Shown: positions 1 through 9,411, counted from the whole stretch's first letter. The stretch: 63,286 nt of DNA, filler included, from 4 parts of 4 records of this genome joined end to end with filler, not necessarily neighbours in it; one strand, 5' to 3'. The notes: a model not told the origin generated them from the letters alone. Numbers and translations: made by a program.

Positions 1-87
1 CAGGCTCATAACCTGAAGGTCGTAGGTTCATAGCGAAGCTGACGAGGAAGCCTCCGGGCGACGAGACTAATCCTACTCCCGCAACCA
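1..87 (+). tRNA. initiator tRNA-Met(CAT), 5' part outside the window, with a 38-nt insertion (31-68) in the T-loop
   Basis: Anticodon arm CAGG-CTCATAA-CCTG, variable loop AGGTC, T-stem GTAGG/CCTAC and 3' end TCCCGCAACCA match alphaproteobacterial tRNA-fMet. Removing 31-68 restores the canonical T-loop TTCAAAT. Confidence 0.85.
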
Positions 88-90
88 ATA

Positions 91-130
91 AAAGGCTCGG
101 CCCCAATCAAGGGGACCGGCCCTTTAACTT
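91..130 (+). terminator. probable intrinsic terminator after the tRNA
   Basis: Imperfect hairpin AAAGG-CTCGG-CCCC/GGGG-ACCGG-CCCTTT followed by T-rich sequence. Confidence 0.55.
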
Positions 131-239
131 TACTTCTAGAGTATGATTACAACGCGCGATACAGACTTTGCAATCGACTTTGGATGGTCAAATTTGTCAC
201 GAATTTTCTATGGCTTTAGCACAATTCTTTGACATCCGT

Positions 240-254
240 ATAACCCAAGGTTAT
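240..254. promoter_or_regulatory. LysR-type operator upstream of the LysR gene
   Basis: Palindrome ATAAC-CCAAG-GTTAT (T-N11-A core); the same motif recurs at 1243-1257. Confidence 0.6.
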
Positions 255-281
255 GCGTTGAAAAAAAGGGGCACTGCATTC

Positions 282-1181
282 ATGAGGTTGCGACACATTG
301 AGGTTTTTCACGCGGTTTACACAAGTGCGTCGATTAGCAATGCTGCTAAAGTGCTTAATGTATCTCAGCCCTCTGTTAGTAAAGTGTTGAAGCATGCCGA
401 AGACCAGCTGGGCTATCAGCTTTTCGAGCGCGTTAAGGGAAAGCTGGTTCCCACCAAAGAAGCACACCGGCTGCATAGCGAAGTGGCCAAAGTTTATACG
501 CACCTGCATAGTTTAAAACGACTGTCTGAGAACTTGGGCCATGCGAGCGGCGGTGTCATTCGGGTGGCCGTAACGCCAGCGTTGGGCTTAAACATTGTGC
601 CCATGGCGGTTGCGTCTTTTTTGAAAAGCCACCCGGGCACGCGGTTTGATCTAGAAACATTACATTTGACTGAGGTCTTGGCATCGTTAAACGAAGGCAA
701 GACCGACTTGGGTATTGTTTTTGACCCTCCAACATACCCAAACATCCGAGACTATGCGCTTGGAAAAGGCGAGTTTGTTTGTTTGGCTTCAGCTGATACC
801 GATCTACCCATAGGGGAAATGATTAGTTTGGGCGACATTGAAGGGGCAGATTTTATTAAATTGAATGGGCGTGGGCCACTTGGTCAGCTGTTGACAAGGC
901 ATATTGAAGCTAGCGGTGTTGAGTTTAATACGGTTGCAAATGTTGAAACATATCACATGGCAAAGGCACTAGTAGAATTGGGGGCTGGTGTATCTATCGT
1001 TGATGAGATTACCGCGCGCTCTAGTTCAGACACATCAATCCAAATCAGGCGGATCCATCCCACAGCGCAATTTGCGATAAAAGCAATTACGTTAGAGTCA
1101 GATCCGATTTCTCTTGAATGCCAAAGCTTTATCGCGCACTCGCGTGACGTTATCTCTAAATTTGTTTCCCAATCTTTTTGA
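282..1181 (+). CDS. LysR family transcriptional regulator
   Basis: N-terminal HTH MRLRHIEVF...SISNAAKVLNVSQPSVSKVLKHAEDQLG; about 300 aa; SD-like AAGGGG before the ATG at 282. Confidence 0.95.
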   Translation: MRLRHIEVFHAVYTSASISNAAKVLNVSQPSVSKVLKHAEDQLGYQLFERVKGKLVPTKEAHRLHSEVAKVYTHLHSLKRLSENLGHASGGVIRVAVTPALGLNIVPMAVASFLKSHPGTRFDLETLHLTEVLASLNEGKTDLGIVFDPPTYPNIRDYALGKGEFVCLASADTDLPIGEMISLGDIEGADFIKLNGRGPLGQLLTRHIEASGVEFNTVANVETYHMAKALVELGAGVSIVDEITARSSSDTSIQIRRIHPTAQFAIKAITLESDPISLECQSFIAHSRDVISKFVSQSF

Positions 1182-1241
1182 AGCAAAAGTCGCTTTTCTC
1201 ATTTGAATAATCGACCTTCGACCGCTAGTCTATGGCTAGCC

Positions 1242-1258
1242 TATAACTTTTGGTTATA
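1242..1258. promoter_or_regulatory. LysR-type operator upstream of the TonB-receptor operon
   Basis: Palindrome TATAAC-TTTTG-GTTATA, matching the box at 240-254. Confidence 0.65.
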
Positions 1259-1354
1259 CCCTTGTTTGTCATAGGAATTGGTCTCGTTTCTACCACAGCG
1301 ATAGTTTTATAGCAGGCATGTATAATGCCACTAAATATCCTGGGGAGGACTACG

Positions 1355-4300
1355 ATGAAAACGACAACGGTACTAAAGGGGCTTTTATTATCCTCTGTGT
1401 TTCCAATCACAAGCGGCGCGGCGTTAGCGCAAAATGCTGAAGACACAGATGCGGAAGCACCCATTGAAGAAATTCAGGTAATCGGTTCGCAAATTAAAGG
1501 CGCAAACGTTGCTGGAACCTTACCGGTTTCTGTGCTTGGAACAGAAGATATTAACCTGACAGGCGCGATTGATGGCGATGAACTCTTCCGCTCAATCCCG
1601 CAAGCAGGTTTTGTCGCCTTTAATGAAAATAGCACAGGTGGTGGTATTAATGGTGCTCGAGGCGATGTAAGTTCCATCAACCTGCGCGCACTTGGTACCG
1701 GTAATACCCTCACGTTATTAAATGGTCGCCGGATGGTATTGCATCCTGGCTTTCAAACTGAAAACCTCGTGCCCGTCGTATCCGCTAACACCAATACAAT
1801 TCCAACATTCGGTGTAAGCCGGGTTGAGGTTCTTCGGGATGGTGCTGCGGCGATTTATGGTGCCGATGCGGTTGCCGGTGTGATTAACACTGTTCTACAG
1901 GATGACTATGAGGGCTTTGCCGTTCAAGGGCGTTTTGGGTTTGCTGATAACACCGGTCGTCAGGATATCACAATCAATGCAAAGGCAGGTTTTGAGTTTA
2001 ATGGCGGTGCCACCCGCGTTTCGCTTTTCGGCGGATACCTTAACCGAAACCGCACGGCAGCGACCGAACGCTTCTTCTCCGCGACATCTGATCGTCGCTT
2101 TTTTCCAGAATTGATTGGTACACCGTTTGAGGGTGACACTCAGTTCCGTAATACGTCTATCAGCTCGCCATTTGGTCGCTTTCGTGCAGATGTCCGTATT
2201 GACGAGATCGGCGATGATGACTTCCATGTTCAGCCAGCATCTGGCGAATTTGCAGCAAGTTGTTTAGTAGATCGCGGTGACGGCGTCTGCTTTGACAATG
2301 GCACCACGCTTGAAGACCCACTTCGCTATGACTTTGATGTGCGTCGCACGCTACACTCGCCGCGTGATCGATATAACCTTTTTGGTATGTTGACCCACGA
2401 ACTGGAAAACGGAAACGAATTCTATGTAGAAACAAGTTATTATCGTGCCGAACTAGAACAAGAAGGTTCGCACGGTTCGGTCCTCTCTTCTCAGCGGTTC
2501 GATATAGCACCTACAGCTTTCTATAACCCATTCGGCGCAACAACTTTGCCCGATGGCTCGCCGAATCCTAACCGAATTGCCGGTCTTACAAACGTACCTG
2601 ATGAAGGTAGCGCGATTGAAGTTCGTAACCTACGCCCGGTTGATGCAGGTATTCGGACGACAACAGTTACAGACGATAGTTACCGTATTTTGGGTGGTTA
2701 CCGTGGTAATTGGGGTGAGTGGGATTTTGATACGGCAATCCTTTATTCTGAAGCGAGCACGAACGATTCGACTGCAAACCGTATTTCGCTATCGCTATTT
2801 CAGCAGGCGATTAACCGCACGGATGCAACAGCTTACAATCCATTTGCAGGCGGTAGTTTGACCGACCTTGCGGGCTCTACAGCACCAGCAAACAGTGAAG
2901 CAACCATCGACTCGTTCCGTATCGATGTAACGCGGGATAATAAGTCGACCTTGTTCCTCGCGGACTTTAAGGTTTCGAATGCGAATATATTCTCATTACC
3001 TGCTGGTGATGTTGGGTTTGCAACGGGTGTTGAAGCCCGCCGAGAAGGATTCTTTGATGATCGTGATGATCGCCTTGACGGCACCATCACCTTCACCGAT
3101 GAAGTAACCGGGAATTTTGTAACAACCAGTGATGTTCTTGGTTCAAGTCCAACACCAGATACAAGCGGCAGTCGTTGGGTTTTCTCTGCCTTTGCAGAAT
3201 TTGCTGTACCGGTTGTTAGCCCGGATATGGATATTCCATTGATGCAAAGCCTAGATTTACAGATTGCAGGTCGTTATGAGGACTTTGAAATTTCAGGGTC
3301 AACTTTCAAGCCAAAAGTGGCTATGTCCTGGGTTGTAAATGATAGCATTATGATCCGCGGTGCATGGTCCGAAGGATTCCGCGCGCCCAATCTGGTGCAG
3401 ATTTTTGATACAGGTATCCGCCGTGTGAATACCCGCGATGATCTGGTTATCTGTCAGGCAGAGGTTGATGCCGGTGTTCTTGCAAGTTTAGATGACTGCA
3501 ACGGCGACGGTGTGGAAAGTGTTCGGTCCGGTACGGCAGATCTTCAAAATGAAGACACAACACAGTTCAACGTTGGTGTTGTTCTTGAACCTGAATTTAT
3601 GCCCGGATTAACCTTGACCGCTGATTATTGGCGGGTTGAGCAGCGTGGCATCGTTGGCATTTTCGGTGACAACAACCAGATTGCGCTTGACCTCCTGCTA
3701 CGTAGTCAAGGTAGTTCAAACCCGAATGTTGTGCGCGGTGCGGTTGACGCTGACCTTGCCGCACTGTTTGCGCAAAGCAGTCTAACCCCAACAGGTGAAA
3801 TTATTGAGGTACGCGATCCATACACGAACCTTGATGACCGTGTGGTTGAAGGTCTTGATTTTGGTCTTCTCTATCAGCTGGAAACCGACAATATTGGTTC
3901 TTTCAATTTCGGGTTTAACGCAGCGAAGTTGAGCACTTTCGAACAAACACCCGGTGCGCTTGGTCAGTCTCTTTTGGATGCGATAGCCACAGGTCAACTT
4001 CCTGACTCTGTTGAAGTAACCGGTGTTGGAGACCTGATTGAGCAAAATGGCCGTCCTGAATGGCGTTTTACATCTTCAGTACGCTGGCGGAATGAAAATT
4101 GGGGTGCTGGCCTGTTTGGCCGTTATGTTGGCGGGTTTGATGACACTAGTGTAACCAATAACACCACAGGTGAAGCGTTCCGTGTGGACGACTGGTTTAC
4201 TGTGAATGCCAATGTGTCATATGAGTTTGACGACGGCGCGCTTGATGGCACTCGCATCCAATTGGGTATTAACAACCTGTTTGATGTAGACCCGCCACTT

Positions 4301-4384
4301 TCAGATGAAAGTTTCGGCTTCCTCGGTGATGTTCACAGTGGTATTGGCCGCTTCTTCTTCATCGACCTTCAGAAAACGTTCTAA
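1355..4384 (+). CDS. TonB-dependent outer membrane receptor
   Basis: Signal peptide, TonB-box-like EEIQVIGS, plug motifs INLRALG..TLTLLNGRR and RVEVLRDGAAAIYGADAVAGVIN, C-terminal Phe; GGAGG SD. Confidence 0.95.
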   Translation: MKTTTVLKGLLLSSVFPITSGAALAQNAEDTDAEAPIEEIQVIGSQIKGANVAGTLPVSVLGTEDINLTGAIDGDELFRSIPQAGFVAFNENSTGGGINGARGDVSSINLRALGTGNTLTLLNGRRMVLHPGFQTENLVPVVSANTNTIPTFGVSRVEVLRDGAAAIYGADAVAGVINTVLQDDYEGFAVQGRFGFADNTGRQDITINAKAGFEFNGGATRVSLFGGYLNRNRTAATERFFSATSDRRFFPELIGTPFEGDTQFRNTSISSPFGRFRADVRIDEIGDDDFHVQPASGEFAASCLVDRGDGVCFDNGTTLEDPLRYDFDVRRTLHSPRDRYNLFGMLTHELENGNEFYVETSYYRAELEQEGSHGSVLSSQRFDIAPTAFYNPFGATTLPDGSPNPNRIAGLTNVPDEGSAIEVRNLRPVDAGIRTTTVTDDSYRILGGYRGNWGEWDFDTAILYSEASTNDSTANRISLSLFQQAINRTDATAYNPFAGGSLTDLAGSTAPANSEATIDSFRIDVTRDNKSTLFLADFKVSNANIFSLPAGDVGFATGVEARREGFFDDRDDRLDGTITFTDEVTGNFVTTSDVLGSSPTPDTSGSRWVFSAFAEFAVPVVSPDMDIPLMQSLDLQIAGRYEDFEISGSTFKPKVAMSWVVNDSIMIRGAWSEGFRAPNLVQIFDTGIRRVNTRDDLVICQAEVDAGVLASLDDCNGDGVESVRSGTADLQNEDTTQFNVGVVLEPEFMPGLTLTADYWRVEQRGIVGIFGDNNQIALDLLLRSQGSSNPNVVRGAVDADLAALFAQSSLTPTGEIIEVRDPYTNLDDRVVEGLDFGLLYQLETDNIGSFNFGFNAAKLSTFEQTPGALGQSLLDAIATGQLPDSVEVTGVGDLIEQNGRPEWRFTSSVRWRNENWGAGLFGRYVGGFDDTSVTNNTTGEAFRVDDWFTVNANVSYEFDDGALDGTRIQLGINNLFDVDPPLSDESFGFLGDVHSGIGRFFFIDLQKTF

Positions 4385-4393
4385 ATCGTATTT

Positions 4394-4418
4394 AAACGGG
4401 GGCTTTTGCCCCCGTTTT
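4394..4418 (+). terminator. intergenic hairpin (partial terminator or mRNA stabiliser)
   Basis: AAACGGGGGC-TTTT-GCCCCCGTTTT, a perfect 10-bp stem. Confidence 0.75.
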
Positions 4419-4443
4419 CCCTTTTTGCAAAGGAAATTTGGCA

Positions 4444-5685
4444 ATGCACGTTGCCGTTTTAGGGGCAGGAGTTATTGGTGTAACCACCGCTTATTCGCTT
4501 GCGAAGCGTGGCTACAAAGTAACAATTTTTGATCAAGCCGGGTCAATAGCCGCTGGGGCCACCTTTGCTAACGGCGCTCAAATTTCCTACAGTTTTGTGG
4601 ACCCCATGGCATCACCAGCCATGTTGAAAAAATTGCCAGCAATATTGCTTGGCAGAGACCCTAATATAAAACAAAAACCATCGCTTCAGCCAGACCATCT
4701 TCGCTGGGGTGCTTATTTTATGGGTAATTGTACTGAGCCAAGGGTCACCAGTAATTTGGAGAGCGCCATTTCGCTTGCGCTAGATTCGAGAGCAGCGCTC
4801 TCCAAGCTTTTGGCAGATAACAGTATTTCTTTTCGGTATAAAAAAGCAGGCAAATTGGTTGTCTCCAGAAACAAGGCAACCCTTTGCCGCATGAAGCATG
4901 CCGCCGATATTAAAACCAACCGGGGCATTGACACTCAGGCACTAAGCCCAGAGGAATGTTGGCAAATTGAGCCAAAAATAAAGCCGCATTTCCAAGATAT
5001 TGTGGGGGGCATTTATGCGCCGGGGGACCACGTTGGTGATGCCCGGCGCTTCACCAATGCGCTGGCGCAAATTTGTATTGATCAATACGGCGTGGACATC
5101 AAGCTGAAGCAAAAGGTCCTTGGTCTGGTTATAGATGGCGGCGACGTTACCGGTGTACGAACAGGTGATGGTGCTTTTTTGGCTGACAAAGTGGTGGTTT
5201 GCATGGGGACTGCTTCAGCAAAGTTTCTGAAGCCTTATAATATCCCTCTGCTTATAGAGCCGCTCAAAGGGTACAGTTTCACCATTCCGGCTGGCGATAA
5301 CGCCCCGTCTGTTAGCCTAACAGATGCGGACCACAAATTGGTGTTTGCGCGCTTGCACAGCGAAATACGCGTTGCGGGCCTTGCAGACTTTGACGGGCAT
5401 GATATGTCTTTGAAAGAAGATCGGTTGGCCACGCTTAAAAGTTTTGCCAAGCGATTGCTGCCTGATATCGGCGACTACAGCCACTCTGGCACGGGGTGGG
5501 TCGGTGCAAGGCCAATGACACCAAACGGCTTGCCAATTACCAAGGCCACAAAAATTAATAACTTATACTTGAATACGGGTCACGGCATGCTGGGCTGGAC
5601 ATTCGCTTGCGGAAGCGCAGAGCGACTGGTCGAAATTATGGCCTGTGCTGAGGGTACCAACAACCAAAAAAGGGCTGCACAATGA
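4444..5685 (+). CDS. FAD-dependent D-amino acid dehydrogenase (DadA/DguA-like)
   Basis: GAGVIG Rossmann motif, ATFANGAQIS, PLKGYSFT, GARPMTP, NTGHGMLGWT. Confidence 0.9.
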   Translation: MHVAVLGAGVIGVTTAYSLAKRGYKVTIFDQAGSIAAGATFANGAQISYSFVDPMASPAMLKKLPAILLGRDPNIKQKPSLQPDHLRWGAYFMGNCTEPRVTSNLESAISLALDSRAALSKLLADNSISFRYKKAGKLVVSRNKATLCRMKHAADIKTNRGIDTQALSPEECWQIEPKIKPHFQDIVGGIYAPGDHVGDARRFTNALAQICIDQYGVDIKLKQKVLGLVIDGGDVTGVRTGDGAFLADKVVVCMGTASAKFLKPYNIPLLIEPLKGYSFTIPAGDNAPSVSLTDADHKLVFARLHSEIRVAGLADFDGHDMSLKEDRLATLKSFAKRLLPDIGDYSHSGTGWVGARPMTPNGLPITKATKINNLYLNTGHGMLGWTFACGSAERLVEIMACAEGTNNQKRAAQ

Positions 5686-6890
5686 AAACAGCAATTCGCT
5701 TGCCAATGATGGCGTTTTTAACGGTTTGGCTATCTCTGGGGGTTTGGAATACTGCTTCAGCGTTAGTTTCAGATGGTAATCAACCCCAGAGAGTGTGCGC
5801 CTATGAAAGCCTTACCATCAGGTCTGATTTTTCGGGAGGAAGAATTAATGCATGCGAGCAAATGTCGGACACCCATTACCGGTTAACCATTATGCCCGAG
5901 GATGAACCGCCGATAAACATAAGCCCTTGGTATGCCTTTAAAATTACGTCTGAAAAAAAGCAGGCCATCACAATAGACCTAGCATACAGCTATCATAAAC
6001 ACCGGTATTGGCCAAAGGCTTCCAAGGATTTGGTTTCATGGTCCCGGCTTCAGAATGATGCCGTTACCCTTATGGAGGACGGCACCGCAAAGTTGACACT
6101 CACTGTAGGTCCTGAGCCGGTATATGTGGCCGGTCAGGAAATACTGCCCTATGAGTTTCATACCGATTGGGCGAACAAAATGGCCAAAAGGGCTGATTTG
6201 ACTATGGTTCAGATGGGTTTGTCGCGTGATCAAAGGCCGATATACAAGATTGAGACATCAGCCCCACAAGGTGGGAACCGCGACTATGTGTTTCTTGTCG
6301 GTCGTCAGCACCCGCCTGAAGTGACCGGGGCTTTGGCACTTGTGCCCTTTGCTGAGGCGTTGTTTGCAGACACTGCCTTAGCAAAGGCATTCCGCCGCGA
6401 ATTTGGTATCATCATTGTACCCGCCCTTAACCCAGACGGCGTGGAAAATGGTAATTGGCGCCACAACATGGGCGGCCAAGACCTTAACCGCGATTGGGGG
6501 CCTTTCACCCAGCCTGAGACAAAATTGGTGCAGGATGAGTTGCTGCGCTTTAAAGATAACGACAATTTGTGGCTATTACTTGATTTTCATTCAACCTCAC
6601 GGAATGTGCTATACACACAGGGAGATGAGGAGCCAACAAAGCCTGCGCATTTTGCAGCAAAGTGGACCAAGGCCGTAAAAGAGCGGGTTAAAGACTATGC
6701 ATTTGAACGCGCGCCCAGGCCTGTTACAGAGTTGCCAACATCAAAGAATTATACCTATAAAACATACGGCGCAACCGCAATTACCTACGAGGTGGGCGAT
6801 GAAACCGATAGGCAGTCAATTAAAGATGCTGCAATTGTTTTTGCTGAGGAAATGATGCGCATATTGATGGCCGAAAAAACAAACCAATAG
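5682..6890 (+). CDS. exported M14 zinc carboxypeptidase (CCP-like)
   Basis: Signal peptide; GRQHPPE, NPDGV, DLNRDW, LDFH and catalytic ITYE motifs; ATGA overlap with the upstream gene. Confidence 0.85.
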   Translation: MKTAIRLPMMAFLTVWLSLGVWNTASALVSDGNQPQRVCAYESLTIRSDFSGGRINACEQMSDTHYRLTIMPEDEPPINISPWYAFKITSEKKQAITIDLAYSYHKHRYWPKASKDLVSWSRLQNDAVTLMEDGTAKLTLTVGPEPVYVAGQEILPYEFHTDWANKMAKRADLTMVQMGLSRDQRPIYKIETSAPQGGNRDYVFLVGRQHPPEVTGALALVPFAEALFADTALAKAFRREFGIIIVPALNPDGVENGNWRHNMGGQDLNRDWGPFTQPETKLVQDELLRFKDNDNLWLLLDFHSTSRNVLYTQGDEEPTKPAHFAAKWTKAVKERVKDYAFERAPRPVTELPTSKNYTYKTYGATAITYEVGDETDRQSIKDAAIVFAEEMMRILMAEKTNQ

Positions 6891-6902
6891 GATTGATCAG
6901 CC

Positions 6903-8450
6903 ATGAAGTCTTTGAGTTTTCTTTGTTTGCTGATTTTTGGGCTGGTTTTCGGCGCAAATGCTGACGATAAATTTGATTACCTCATTACGGGAGGTATGGT
7001 ATTTGACGGCACTGGCGCAGAAGGCCAGCGGCTTGTTGTCGGTGTTAGAGGGGATGAAATTGCATATGTTGGTGAGCCCAAAGCGGGCTTTTCGGCAACC
7101 AAGCATATAAATGCATCTGGCTTAATTGTAACACCCGGCTTTATCGACCCTCATACCCACGCTTACCAGGAACGACCAGCCGAAGGCCCAGACTTTCTGC
7201 ATAGTTACGTCACGCAGGGTATTACCACGATTTTTTCAGGCAATGATGGCGGTGGCCCTGCTGACACGCGTGCGGCGCTGGCAAAAATTAGTCAGCAAGG
7301 TGTATCGGCGAATTTTGGGCTTTTCGTCGGCCACGGTGCTGTTAGACGCCGTGTAATGGGTATGGATGACCGTGCGCCAACGGACGGTGAACTCGCTGAA
7401 ATGAAACAGCTTGTTGTGGCAGCAATGGAAGCTGGCGCGTTGGGCCTTTCTAGTGGTTTATTTTATGCGCCGGGCAGTTTTGCTGACACTGAAGAAGTGA
7501 TTGCGCTTGCTAAAGTTGCGACCGAATACGGCGGCGTTTACGAAATCCACCTTCGGGATGAAAGCAATTATTCTATCGGTGTTGTTGGTGCTGTTGCTGA
7601 AGCCATTGAAATTGGCGAAAAGGCCAATATTCCTGTTCATATTGCCCATATTAAAGCGCTGGGCGTTGATGTTTGGGGGCAAAGTGCCGCAATTATCAAC
7701 CTAATTGAAGAGGCGCAGGCCAAGGGCCAAATTGTCACAGCTGACCAATATCCGTGGTTGGCATCAGGAACACGGGTTAGCAATGCTTTGGTGCCGCGGC
7801 GCGCTATGGCGGGTGGCGCAGAAGCCATGAAAGCACGTCTGCTGGATGCAGCGCAATTGCCACAGCTTAAAGCAGATATGGCGGAAAATATGAGAAGGCG
7901 TGGTGGGCCAAGCTCTATCCTGCTCACGGGCGGCAAAAATAAATGGCGCGGCCTGACGCTCAGTGAGTATGCAGAGCAAATTGGTGAAACGCCTATCGAT
8001 ACTGCTGTGGAAATTGTTTTAGACGGTGATGCAGGTATCGCATCTTTTAACATGAACCCGGTTGACGTCAGAAACTTCATGACCAAGCCGTGGGTGATGA
8101 CAAGCTCGGATGGCGGTGATGGCCACCCGAGAAAATACGCTAGCTTTCCGCAAAAATACCGGCGGTATGTGGTGGAGGAAGGCGTTCTGACATTGGCAGA
8201 CTATATTCACCGGTCGTCAGGCTTAACCGCCATGACCTTTGGAATTGAAGGCCGAGGCTTCCTCCGCGCGGGAATGAAAGCAGATATTTTAGTGTTTGAC
8301 CCGTTAATGTTTGGCCCCAAAGCCACCTATGAAAATGCCGCTGAAGTTTCTAATGGGGTGTCTTTCTTGTTGGTAAATGGAGCTCCTTTGATCTGGAATG
8401 ACAAAATCAGCTCGGAAGTTAATGGCGATATCGTAGCGTTGGATCACTAA
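6903..8450 (+). CDS. exported N-acyl-D-amino-acid deacylase (D-aminoacylase) family amidohydrolase
   Basis: Signal peptide; PGFIDPHTH, GALGLSSGLFY, HLRDE, HIAHIK and SSDG motifs. Confidence 0.88.
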   Translation: MKSLSFLCLLIFGLVFGANADDKFDYLITGGMVFDGTGAEGQRLVVGVRGDEIAYVGEPKAGFSATKHINASGLIVTPGFIDPHTHAYQERPAEGPDFLHSYVTQGITTIFSGNDGGGPADTRAALAKISQQGVSANFGLFVGHGAVRRRVMGMDDRAPTDGELAEMKQLVVAAMEAGALGLSSGLFYAPGSFADTEEVIALAKVATEYGGVYEIHLRDESNYSIGVVGAVAEAIEIGEKANIPVHIAHIKALGVDVWGQSAAIINLIEEAQAKGQIVTADQYPWLASGTRVSNALVPRRAMAGGAEAMKARLLDAAQLPQLKADMAENMRRRGGPSSILLTGGKNKWRGLTLSEYAEQIGETPIDTAVEIVLDGDAGIASFNMNPVDVRNFMTKPWVMTSSDGGDGHPRKYASFPQKYRRYVVEEGVLTLADYIHRSSGLTAMTFGIEGRGFLRAGMKADILVFDPLMFGPKATYENAAEVSNGVSFLLVNGAPLIWNDKISSEVNGDIVALDH

Positions 8451-8748
8451 CTTAGTTTTTATAAACCATGTGTTTTTGGCCCTGCTAATCAGGTTCATGT
8501 TCTCTCGTTCCGATCAAGTGATCTTCGCAAAGCACAAGTATATATAAACTTAAGCAGCTTGTTGTTGACCCTCTGAATAAATTAGGCATTTTTAGGCGAG
8601 TTCCGCGAAGAGAAACATGTATGTATATGAATGCATTGTATCTTTCGTTTTAAATTGATGAGCGAGTAAAACCTTAAAACAGTTGTTTAGGTACAGCCAA
8701 CATACTACCTTAATGGAAACTAAAAAGTTCAACTATATAGTGGCGGGT

Positions 8749-9411
8749 ATGCAGCCTATCCAGATTGCCGTTTTAGATGATCACCGCATGTTTCTTGACG
8801 GCCTGGCGCTTATGGTGCAGGGCGCACGAAAGAACTATGAAATCAGCGGTTTTTCTGAGCCGTTGGAATTACTCAAGAAAATCGAATTTGGTGACCGCTG
8901 GGACCTGATAATTTGTGATTTGATTATGAATCAAATGAACGGATTGGCGTTTGTAGCTGCCGTTTGTTCGCACGTTAAAAACATGCCAATTTTGATGTTG
9001 TCAGGTATTAATACAGCGCCGCCGATGGATGAAATACGGCGGCTGGGAGCAAAAGGTTTTGTTCATAAATCTTCTGACAATACAGTTTTGCTAGAAGCAA
9101 TTGAAACCATCTTGTCGGGCAAGAGTTTTTTCCTTGCAGACAATAGTGGGCCCCTCCAATCAAGCCCGATAGAAGTGGATGTTCATGCTGGCTTGCGACT
9201 GTCAGATGATCAAGTACTGCCATCTCTTGGCGCGCGGCAACTTGAAGTGCTGAGGATGATTGCAAAAGGCGCATCGAACAAAGAAATTTCAAGCTTGTTA
9301 TCAATCAGCGAGAATACGGTTAAAACCCACTTGCGGCAGATTTTCACGGAACTGGGTGTTAACAAACGCACAGCGTGTGTTCAGCGCGCCCAAACTTTGG
9401 GTATGATTTAG
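8749..9411 (+). CDS. NarL/LuxR-family response regulator
   Basis: Receiver domain (LDDH, CDL, LSG, K) plus C-terminal LuxR HTH (GASNKEIS..LSISENTVKTHL); start uncertain. Confidence 0.92.
   Translation: MQPIQIAVLDDHRMFLDGLALMVQGARKNYEISGFSEPLELLKKIEFGDRWDLIICDLIMNQMNGLAFVAAVCSHVKNMPILMLSGINTAPPMDEIRRLGAKGFVHKSSDNTVLLEAIETILSGKSFFLADNSGPLQSSPIEVDVHAGLRLSDDQVLPSLGARQLEVLRMIAKGASNKEISSLLSISENTVKTHLRQIFTELGVNKRTACVQRAQTLGMI

Noticed and set aside
39-67. Hammerhead-ribozyme-like core in the tRNA insert (CTGACGAG-stem-CGAGAC)
   Set aside because: The invariant GAAA is GAGA, and I could not build convincing stems I and III with an NUH site; a covariance-model search would settle it.
25-71. Archaeal-type bulge-helix-bulge intron
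   Set aside because: The required 4-bp central helix (GGTT with GAGA) pairs at only two positions, and bacteria lack the EndA splicing endonuclease.
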